From Candidatus Moraniibacteriota bacterium (GTDB lineage Bacteria; Patescibacteriota; Minisyncoccia; Moranbacterales; UBA1568): DNA of 64,000 nt. Of this stretch, positions 46,277 to 53,852 are shown piece after piece (the stretch's first letter is position 1; the number at the start of each line of letters is the position of its first letter). The DNA lies in the NCBI GenBank assembly GCA_963743885.1, contig CAVURJ010000002.1, positions 241,706-305,705 of the forward strand, in the 5' to 3' direction. A model generated the notes under the pieces. It was not told where the DNA came from and did no database searches. It saw only the letters and a list, made by a program, of their open reading frames with translations. Position numbers and translations under genes: made by a program.

Positions 46277-47878
46277 TTATATAGCATACGTTTTGTTAGA
46301 TAATATGGGCCTGTAGTAAAGTGGTATTACGCGGCATTCGCATTGCCGAGTCGGGAGTTCGATTCTCCCCAGGTCCACCAAATCGGATTTTTTATCGCCA
46401 AAGGTCTCACTTATCTCAAAGATAAGCCCCAATTTGGCAGTTCCAAATCCTACACCTTTCGTATAGCGTATTCCCTCGGGAAAAACCAGTTTTTGGAACC
46501 GAGGATACAGATGCGGGGGTAAATCCGTCCATTGTCTTCCTAAATCGCTTATGTAGCGTTCTGCATAGGCTACCGAGGCTTCTGCATCGAATTGTTCTAT
46601 CCGAGCCTCACTTCGCGAAATACGCGAAGCTATGAGTTCGTTTTCTACTTCGGCTTTCCGTTCGGTAAATTCTTCCTTTGTATAGGAGCCGTCTTCTCGC
46701 ATCTCGAAAATCCGTTTACGCTTCTCTTCCAAAAGGGCGATTGTCTTATCGTATCGTTTCGCCTCGGCTTCAAAATGTCCGCCTTTGTCTTTCCAGATAC
46801 TCACAATGGTCGAGTTGATGAGGTCGCGAACTTTCTTCTTAGGGATGATTTTTTGGAGCTTCTTTACGAAGTCTTCTGCTACCTTGTCCACGGAAAGACT
46901 TTTGCAATACATAGAGCAACCCTTGGTGAAGCAATGATAGTAGGGGTATGCTCCACCTGTTCCGTGGGAAATACTCGCGGTTACTGCTTTACCGCACTCT
47001 CCGCAGAGGATTGTTTTCCGCAAAGGAAAGGTTGGATTTACCTTGTGGCGGAGGATTTTCACGCCCTTACCCGCCATTCGTTGTTTGATTTGATAGTGTT
47101 CTTCTTCTGTAATCATCGGTTTGTGCAATCCTTTGACTTCTTCTTTCGCCCACGGATTGACGATGATACCTGCATAAAAGTTCAAATGCCTGAAAAGCAA
47201 TCCGCTCACGAATTGCACTCGTGTTTTGCTTCCTCGGTATTTATCAAGCCCCCACTCATTGAACAAACGAGCAAGCTCTGTTTGAGAGACTTGCCCGCGA
47301 GCGTATTCTTTCAATCCGCGTTGAATAATAGGAAAGATGTTTTCGTCTGGCTTGTCGGGTTCGTTTTTCTTTTCGCCTCGTTTCTTGGCTTGTCCGCAAA
47401 TGTAGCCGATAGGAGGCTTCCACGGAAAGATGCCTTGGTTTATTCGTGAAATCATTCCGTCCACGCAACGCTGACGACGAACGGCATTATCAAATTCAGC
47501 ACTGCCCGCCAACACGGTCTCGATGAACTTTTCGGTCGGGTTGTTTCCAATTGGTTCCGTTACGGAATGGAGGGTTACGCCATAATCAAGAAGCACCTTG
47601 CGGACATAGAAATGGTCTTCGGTATTTCTGGCGAACCTGTCTACTTTGGCAACTACAAACGCATCCATTTCCCCTTTATTCTTTCGGCAAAGTTCGATAG
47701 CTCGCAGGAACTCCTTGCGGTCGGCAGATTTTGCCGAAGCTCCCTCCTCACGGAAAACGGCTACGATTTCGATGCCTCGGTCTTTGCAATAGTTTCGGCA
47801 AATCTCTTCTTGAAAATCAAGAGAAGTGCCTTTGATTTGTTCGTCGCTTGATACGCGTGTATAGATTATTCCTTTCAT
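46277..47878 (-). CDS. Large serine recombinase (resolvase/invertase N-domain, recombinase domain and zinc ribbon).
   Basis: Starts MKGIIYTRVSSDEQ with the catalytic Ser, then ...VAKVDRFARN and CGECGK..YYHC zinc ribbon. The open frame runs antisense through the tRNA, so the true C-terminus is probably shorter. Confidence 0.85.
   Translation of the reverse strand: MKGIIYTRVSSDEQIKGTSLDFQEEICRNYCKDRGIEIVAVFREEGASAKSADRKEFLRAIELCRKNKGEMDAFVVAKVDRFARNTEDHFYVRKVLLDYGVTLHSVTEPIGNNPTEKFIETVLAGSAEFDNAVRRQRCVDGMISRINQGIFPWKPPIGYICGQAKKRGEKKNEPDKPDENIFPIIQRGLKEYARGQVSQTELARLFNEWGLDKYRGSKTRVQFVSGLLFRHLNFYAGIIVNPWAKEEVKGLHKPMITEEEHYQIKQRMAGKGVKILRHKVNPTFPLRKTILCGECGKAVTASISHGTGGAYPYYHCFTKGCSMYCKSLSVDKVAEDFVKKLQKIIPKKKVRDLINSTIVSIWKDKGGHFEAEAKRYDKTIALLEEKRKRIFEMREDGSYTKEEFTERKAEVENELIASRISRSEARIEQFDAEASVAYAERYISDLGRQWTDLPPHLYPRFQKLVFPEGIRYTKGVGFGTAKLGLIFEISETFGDKKSDLVDLGRIELPTRQCECRVIPLYYRPILSNKTYAI
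46307..46380 (+). tRNA. tRNA-Ala (anticodon CGC) with genome-encoded CCA.
   Basis: Cloverleaf folded by hand: 7-bp acceptor stem with G3:U70, D stem gtaa/ttac, anticodon stem cggca/tgccg with loop ttCGCat, T arm gggag-TTCGATT-ctccc, discriminator A plus CCA. Confidence 0.85.
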
Positions 47879-48108
47879 AATTTTGTAGTTAGAAAAACCC
47901 AAAAGGCGGTTCTGGCACCCAACTAAACGGCCAAAGCTGTTTTCGTCGGCAGAACCGCCTTTTGGGCGTACGAAAACAAAAAATTTGGCAGTATATTATA
48001 GTTGGGTGCATCTATATTATGCCTCATTTTTCGCTTTCTGCCAACTCCTTTTTGAGGATTTTTGCGAGCTTTTTTATCGCTGTATCGCTCATATCTCCTA
48101 TGACAGGC

Positions 48109-49164
48109 TCAATTTCTGAATTGCCCAAACTTGATACCACGGATGATTTCTGTTTGCCTGTCCGTAGAGATTTTCCCGTAGCCGTAAGAACCAAAGGTTG
48201 TCCCCACGTCTGTATGTCCGAGATTTTGACTGATAGCTTTCTTTTCTTCTTCCGTCAGTCGCGTCTTGATGAACTCTTTGACGATGAGATGCCGAAAGGT
48301 ATGCGGATGAAAATAGGGGATGCCTGCACCCTTGAAACGTTTCTCAAATATCTTTCGGGCGGGCGATGCGTTACTCCAAAAGATAGGCTCGACCACTCCC
48401 GAACTGTAATAGCTGATATTTTCTTTCCCTTGTTCCAATTTGGTGGCAGGAAAAAGCGGGTCGCCTGAAGAAAACTTCCGCTTCTGCTCAAGATAGTCGA
48501 ACCATTCCAGAAAGTAGGAAAGTGGCTTTGGGTCTGGCATTGGGAAGAGGGCGGTTGTAATCATCTTGGAAAACTTGGTTTTCACTCCCGAGGCAGGGTC
48601 TTGCTCCAAGATGAGCCTTCGTTTATCAAAGCTCTTCATTCGTAGGCTGGAAATAGCGGAAATTCTTGCTCCCGTGAGGAGCGTGAGGGCGATGAGAGCT
48701 TTATCGCGTTTTTCCACCTCGGTTTCTCCATTGATACTCTCAAGCACTTTTAGGACTTCCTCGAAAGTCGGAGCATCCACTGTCCTTGCTCGGGTGGCTA
48801 TCTGGCTTTCTTTCCGCGAGAGGTTCAGGAAGCCTATATGGGTAGCGTTGATTTTGGATTTCGGCTGTTGGGCAAGCCACTCGAAGAACTTCCGCAGATA
48901 GCGGAGAATATCGTAGCAATAGCTCAAGCTGATGGAGTTTTTGGAACCCTTCTTTTCCTTTCCCTTGAGCCAGTCTCTGAAAGCGATTGCCTGCTTATCG
49001 TTGAATAGGCTGAAATCTTCCGTCTTGGTAAAGTCTTCCCAGTAGAGCAAGGCTTTCTCGAAAGACCCTATGGAATTAGCTGAAAATTGCTCTGAATTTT
49101 TGAGGAAGGCGAAGAACTCACGCTTCGTCATTTCATTCTTGTAATTGGCTTTTTGCATATACAT
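48109..49164 (-). CDS. Tyrosine-type site-specific recombinase/integrase.
   Basis: C-terminal catalytic box HPHTFRH...LGHTDVGTTFGSYGY (H-x-x-R ... Y) and an N-terminal SAM-like domain. Confidence 0.85.
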   Translation of the reverse strand: MYMQKANYKNEMTKREFFAFLKNSEQFSANSIGSFEKALLYWEDFTKTEDFSLFNDKQAIAFRDWLKGKEKKGSKNSISLSYCYDILRYLRKFFEWLAQQPKSKINATHIGFLNLSRKESQIATRARTVDAPTFEEVLKVLESINGETEVEKRDKALIALTLLTGARISAISSLRMKSFDKRRLILEQDPASGVKTKFSKMITTALFPMPDPKPLSYFLEWFDYLEQKRKFSSGDPLFPATKLEQGKENISYYSSGVVEPIFWSNASPARKIFEKRFKGAGIPYFHPHTFRHLIVKEFIKTRLTEEEKKAISQNLGHTDVGTTFGSYGYGKISTDRQTEIIRGIKFGQFRN

Positions 49165-49242
49165 TTAGGCGTTATTGATGATTTACCCGTAAAGAGACAT
49201 TCAGGAGAGAGTTACTGGAACCTGTTAGTCCTTTTGGAAGTC

Positions 49243-49626
49243 TCATACGAGGCGATTTACTTTTGTCTCGCATCGCTCGCATTTTCCTCGTTGTAAGAAT
49301 TGCTTACGCGAATTTTTACCAATTGTTTTTCCTGTCGGCACGGTCTCTTCCGTTCCTGATTTGGCACGGGTCGGCACTCGGCATTTCAGGCAATAATACT
49401 CGCCTTCTTTGAGTGATACTTTCCGCTTCTTCATTTTTTCAGAAAGGAAGTGGCGGAGTTCGTCGCCCATAATGAGGAGGGGACGAGTGTTTTTTTCAAG
49501 GGGATGGAGACCATCCCCAAGCCATCGGAAAATCGTTTTCTTATTGATGTGAAAGAGCGTGGCAATTTCTTCGGGTGTGTAGCTATGGCGAGACGTGATA
49601 AGTCTCGGATTATATCGTCGTGTCAT
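49243..49626 (-). CDS. Excisionase-like HTH DNA-binding protein with a C-terminal zinc ribbon.
   Basis: YTPEEIATLFHINKKTIFRWL helix-turn-helix and CLKC...CERC. Start reassigned to the internal Met at 49626. Lies immediately upstream of the tyrosine recombinase. Confidence 0.45.
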   Translation of the reverse strand: MTRRYNPRLITSRHSYTPEEIATLFHINKKTIFRWLGDGLHPLEKNTRPLLIMGDELRHFLSEKMKKRKVSLKEGEYYCLKCRVPTRAKSGTEETVPTGKTIGKNSRKQFLQRGKCERCETKVNRLV

Positions 49627-49656
49627 ATGTGAGTAATTATGGATTTCAAGCTGGCT

Positions 49657-49829
49657 ATACTTCTTTGGGCGGAAGTGCTCCACCTTGAGCGGTAGCCTTC
49701 CTTTCGGAAAGCCACTGCTCAAAGATAATTTCTCCAAGGATTTGAACGGCATCTCTGATTTCGGCTACTTCCTCATCGGAAAGCGTATCGTCGTCCAAAA
49801 GCTGTCTTGCTTCTTCGATGGTTAGCATA
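49657..49829 (-). CDS. Small hypothetical protein (57 aa) translationally coupled to the upstream DUF5659 gene by an ATGCTAA overlap.
   Basis: Translated by hand: MLTIEEARQLLDDDTLSDEEVAEIRDAVQILGEIIFEQW... It is not in the supplied ORF track because it falls under 60 aa. Confidence 0.3.
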
Positions 49830-50109
49830 CAGCTTCATCCGAATAGAGGCGGTTCTTTATCATCTTTTGGCTATCAAAAAGCGTCCGTGCATTGAGTTGC
49901 AAACGGTCGTTCCAGTAGTCGTTGGTGCTCGTCTCGATAGTCGGGACGCGTCGAAAGATGAACCGAGCTTTCTTCGGGTTTACGGTTCGCTCAAGGGTAT
50001 GTAGCTCATACCCCAAAGCCACGAGAGAAGAAGCCAAGCCAAGGTCGGTCGTGGCATACTTCGCTTCTTCAGATAGTTCTGCTGTCTCCTTTAGATGTTT
50101 GGTAATCAT
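49822..50109 (-). CDS. DUF5659-like protein.
   Basis: DLGLASSLVALGYELHTLER...ARFIFRR...DYWNDRLQLNARTLFDSQKMIKNRL matches the remembered DUF5659 pattern common on mobile elements. Confidence 0.45.
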   Translation of the reverse strand: MITKHLKETAELSEEAKYATTDLGLASSLVALGYELHTLERTVNPKKARFIFRRVPTIETSTNDYWNDRLQLNARTLFDSQKMIKNRLYSDEAVC

Positions 50110-50285
50110 AAAGATTGATTGTGAATGATGATTACCAATCGCGATTGGATTTTGGAGGTCTCCTACCTCATATGGCGAATTTCACCCTCACCGTGTATGA
50201 AAAAGAAAAAATCCCTTATTAGAGGGACTTTTTTACGCTTCAGTATTGTGTAGACCAACTGGTGAATTTCACCGAGGCAGTTTTC

Positions 50286-51833
50286 CTATAAATTTGGGGC
50301 TACGTCTTCCATATAATCACCAATATCAGAGTAGGGGTCGCTCTGTCCTTTTTTATCATCGACATAGGCTTTGTTTTTCTCCGTCGCCATTTCGCTAAAC
50401 AAGGTAAATCTCGTTCTATAGGAGTTATTTTCCTTGTAGGGATGAAATGGGTCGCTCTCCATACTGAAATAGTTTTTTAGTATATCGGAGACTTGCTGTT
50501 TTTGCTTTTTATACTGCACCTTAGCTGTTTCGTCAGGAATGGATATTTCTCCATTTTGTATCGCTAAAACTTTGAAAAAATCCCATAGGACACTCGGATT
50601 TCCATCGTGCTTCCCAAACCCCATCTCTTCGTATGTTGCAGTATGTTCCTTAGAGGGGAGTTTTATATGTATCTTTTCATCTTTCAAAACCTTCATTGAT
50701 ACCTGCCTCCACTCTGTTCCTGCTGGGATAGTAGAGGGGAACTTATGCTTTGTTTTGCTGGCGTTTCGCTTATCATCAATGCTGATGGCAATCTCTTTTT
50801 CCTGAATACTGTTCTGAAAGGTATGGATATGCTCGTGTTTGATTACCGTTCCTTTCGGTTCTGTAGCATCATCTTTTTTGGTGTCCGTCTTTTTATCAGA
50901 AGAGAATTTTTGGAAAAAATCCTTTTCTTTTTCCAACATAATACTTTTGAGACCTGCTACTTCCTCTTTGATAGTCCCCAACAATAAGGCGACGCTTTTA
51001 TCGAACGGATGGATTTCTGAATTGTTCTCAAACAAATCTTTGTCAGCCACTGTTTCCCTGAAATCAATAAGATATTGTTCTACACCGTCCGACCAAGTTC
51101 CATCAAGAAAATCAGGGGCGGAATAAAGGCTGGTTATTGGCTCGATAAGACCTTGGTAGCATTGGCTTTCTTTCAATCCTTCAAACGACGGTTCACTAAG
51201 AACAACCTCCATCAATTTTCTTCGCAATACCTTGAAAGAAACATTGAGTTCATCAATGCCCGACCTCAAGAAAATAAGTCCGTTGCCATAGTAAGCCCGT
51301 ATAATCGCCTCATAATACGAATACAGTATGCTCAAGAGATAAATCTTCTTATTGAGGGAGAAATCACTAAACTGAAAAGTGTTGAAATCTCTGATTATCT
51401 TTGATTTTTCCAAAACTGTTTTTGCTTCAGCTTGGAAGGAAACAGAGCTGGGAGCCGATACCAACCTCGCGGCAATATCCTTCACTTTTTGTATAAGCAA
51501 CAAATCGGTTGGAGATATTTCTTTGCCATTCAGCATAGAACTTACCTCCATATACTCAATCAAGGCGTATAGAGTTTTTCCGACGGTCAAATCATCTTCA
51601 TCTTCCCAGATAGTCCGCAATCTATTGGCTTTGGATGCCGAAAGGTTTTCTCTATCGTATTTCGGACTATAAATCTCTATACCGAAGTGTTCCTGAAAAA
51701 ACTCTTCTATTGTCCGATTGGAAAAATCCAGAACGTATCCTTGGCTCATTCCAAAAAGCGTTTCGATGATTTTCCTTTCACTCCCATTGAATTTTATACT
51801 CATTCTCATTTGAGAAGCATTTCCTCTGCCCAT
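50286..51833 (-). CDS. Large hypothetical protein (515 aa), possibly defence- or abortive-infection-related.
   Basis: No domain confidently recognised. A weak Rx6H motif (RNASKTKH) is present. Heads an operon that ends in the tyrosine integrase. Confidence 0.45.
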   Translation of the reverse strand: MGRGNASQMRMSIKFNGSERKIIETLFGMSQGYVLDFSNRTIEEFFQEHFGIEIYSPKYDRENLSASKANRLRTIWEDEDDLTVGKTLYALIEYMEVSSMLNGKEISPTDLLLIQKVKDIAARLVSAPSSVSFQAEAKTVLEKSKIIRDFNTFQFSDFSLNKKIYLLSILYSYYEAIIRAYYGNGLIFLRSGIDELNVSFKVLRRKLMEVVLSEPSFEGLKESQCYQGLIEPITSLYSAPDFLDGTWSDGVEQYLIDFRETVADKDLFENNSEIHPFDKSVALLLGTIKEEVAGLKSIMLEKEKDFFQKFSSDKKTDTKKDDATEPKGTVIKHEHIHTFQNSIQEKEIAISIDDKRNASKTKHKFPSTIPAGTEWRQVSMKVLKDEKIHIKLPSKEHTATYEEMGFGKHDGNPSVLWDFFKVLAIQNGEISIPDETAKVQYKKQKQQVSDILKNYFSMESDPFHPYKENNSYRTRFTLFSEMATEKNKAYVDDKKGQSDPYSDIGDYMEDVAPNL

Positions 51834-51917
51834 TGCAGGGAAAATACGACGTTTGGCGTAATTGTAATCGTGTAGTATAGTTATGGTAACTTATATAGGG
51901 CGTGAAATCAAGCTTTT

Positions 51918-52109
51918 ATGGAAAGAAAAGAACTGCCAGATATTCTAACTTTGAAGCAAGCCTGTGCGGTTTTGAATTGCCATCCCAATACGCTTAGGCT
52001 ATGGGATAAAAAAGGTATTTTAGTAGCTATACGCCTCGGCAAGAGACGCGATAGACGTTATAGGAAAGACCAAATCTTTGCTTTGTTAGAAACATCTCAT
52101 AAAGGGTAA
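51918..52109 (+). CDS. Helix-turn-helix (AlpA/MerR-type) DNA-binding protein.
   Basis: LTLKQACAVLNCHPNTLRLWDKKGIL. Confidence 0.6.
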   Translation: MERKELPDILTLKQACAVLNCHPNTLRLWDKKGILVAIRLGKRRDRRYRKDQIFALLETSHKG

Positions 52110-52133
52110 AGTATCCGTAACAATATAATTACT

Positions 52134-53852
52134 ATGTCAGAAAATTCACTCAAAAAAGGTCGCTACACGAAATACAGCAATAAAATTGGATTGTATAGCA
52201 ATAGCAAAGGGGGATTTATCAAAAACGATACTGACGTAGTTCTGAACTTCCCGTTCAAAGATACTGTGCTTGAAGCGGGGATGAACAAAGAGGATGTAGG
52301 GCGTGATGAGCGTTTTTTACATTTGGAAATTGATAGTAAAGACATCGACACATTGGAAGAACCGAAAGTGCTTACTGACTTCCTCTACTTTGATAAAGAT
52401 GGCGAGAAGGCGTTAGACGCAAATAGTGATATTGAGTTTTTTGATATTGAAGGCAATCTCAAACAAAACTTACTCATCAAGGGCAATAACTTACTGGCAC
52501 TCTATACTCTTCGAGAAAAACTCGCTGGAAGGGTGAAAGCGATTTATATTGACCCACCCTACAATCCTCCGAGTAAGTCAAACACATTTATTTACAATAA
52601 TAACTTCAACCATTCCTCTTGGTTGGTATTTATGAGAAATCGCCTTGAAATGGCGAAACAGCTACTAACGGACGATGGTGTTCTTATTTGTGCCATTGAT
52701 GAAAACGAACTTGCGTATTTGGGAGTTTTGATTGACGAAGTTTTTGGCAGTGAAAAGGAAAGTCATTTCATTACTATTGTTCATAATCCACGAGGTATTC
52801 AAGGCACTAACTTCTCTTACACTCACGAATACGCAATCTTTGTTATTCCAAAGGGGCTGAAAACTATTGGAAACCGAAAAATTGAAGCTGAAGATATCTC
52901 TTGGCGTAACTTGCGAGATAACGGCGGAGAGTCGTTGCGCACAGACGCAAAAAACTGTTTTTACCCAATGGTGGTAAAAGACGGTGAAGTTATAGGCTTT
53001 GGTGATATAGCAAAAGATGAAATACACCCTAATGCCAATGAACCGCAAACAGATGGCTCGATATACATATACCCAATCGACCCAAGTGGAATTGAGCGTA
53101 AATGGCGATACGCACGACAAAGCGTTGATAAAATAAAAAATTTGTTGCGAGCAAAAGAGTCAAAGGGGGTTTGGCAGATAGAAATTGGTAAAGACTTTGG
53201 TCAATATAGAACAGTTTGGCAAGACCCCAGATATGACGCTAACGAGTACGGCACTAAATTGGTAAAAAGTCTTGTGCCAAGTTCGGAGTTTGATTTTCCA
53301 AAATCTCTGTGGAATGTATACGACTGTCTTTATGCGGTTGTTGCAGATGACCCAAATGCTATCATCTTAGATTTCTTTGGTGGAAGTGGCACTACCGCAC
53401 ACGCTACACTGGAACTGAATAAGGATGGCGGTAGTAGGAAGTTTGTCATAGTAGAACAAATGGGCTACATCGCATCCGTAACTCTCCCAAGAATTGAAGC
53501 TGTGATAAAGAAAGACACCCTAAAAGAGTCTTTCGTGTATTTTGAACTCAAAAAATACAACCAAGAATACATCGACCGTATTGCGAAAACTACAAGTCTC
53601 TCTGAACTGGAAGAAATCTATGTGGATATGCGAAACAACGCTTTTCTCAAGTTTTGGTTTGACCGCAAAGAGTTTGAAAAGGATGAGAATTTCCGTAATC
53701 TCGACATTGAGGGTCGGAAGCAAAAGCTCGTGGATGTATTGGATGAAAATCAGCTCTATCTGAACTATGCCGATATGGGCGATACACGGCACAAAGTAAC
53801 TGCCGACGAAAAAACACTAACGGACAAGTTCTATGGCTCGGAAAAAAACTAA
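52134..53852 (+). CDS. mod: Type III restriction-modification Mod subunit (beta-class DNA methyltransferase).
   Basis: Motif IV IYIDPPYN precedes motif I FFGGSGTT, which is beta-class order. Overlaps the downstream res gene. Confidence 0.8.
   Translation: MSENSLKKGRYTKYSNKIGLYSNSKGGFIKNDTDVVLNFPFKDTVLEAGMNKEDVGRDERFLHLEIDSKDIDTLEEPKVLTDFLYFDKDGEKALDANSDIEFFDIEGNLKQNLLIKGNNLLALYTLREKLAGRVKAIYIDPPYNPPSKSNTFIYNNNFNHSSWLVFMRNRLEMAKQLLTDDGVLICAIDENELAYLGVLIDEVFGSEKESHFITIVHNPRGIQGTNFSYTHEYAIFVIPKGLKTIGNRKIEAEDISWRNLRDNGGESLRTDAKNCFYPMVVKDGEVIGFGDIAKDEIHPNANEPQTDGSIYIYPIDPSGIERKWRYARQSVDKIKNLLRAKESKGVWQIEIGKDFGQYRTVWQDPRYDANEYGTKLVKSLVPSSEFDFPKSLWNVYDCLYAVVADDPNAIILDFFGGSGTTAHATLELNKDGGSRKFVIVEQMGYIASVTLPRIEAVIKKDTLKESFVYFELKKYNQEYIDRIAKTTSLSELEEIYVDMRNNAFLKFWFDRKEFEKDENFRNLDIEGRKQKLVDVLDENQLYLNYADMGDTRHKVTADEKTLTDKFYGSEKN

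Noticed and set aside
47962-48468. 168-aa plus-strand ORF between the recombinases
   Set aside because: Its 3' two-thirds overlap the tyrosine recombinase C-terminus on the opposite strand, and its 5' part covers the hairpin region. Most likely not coding.
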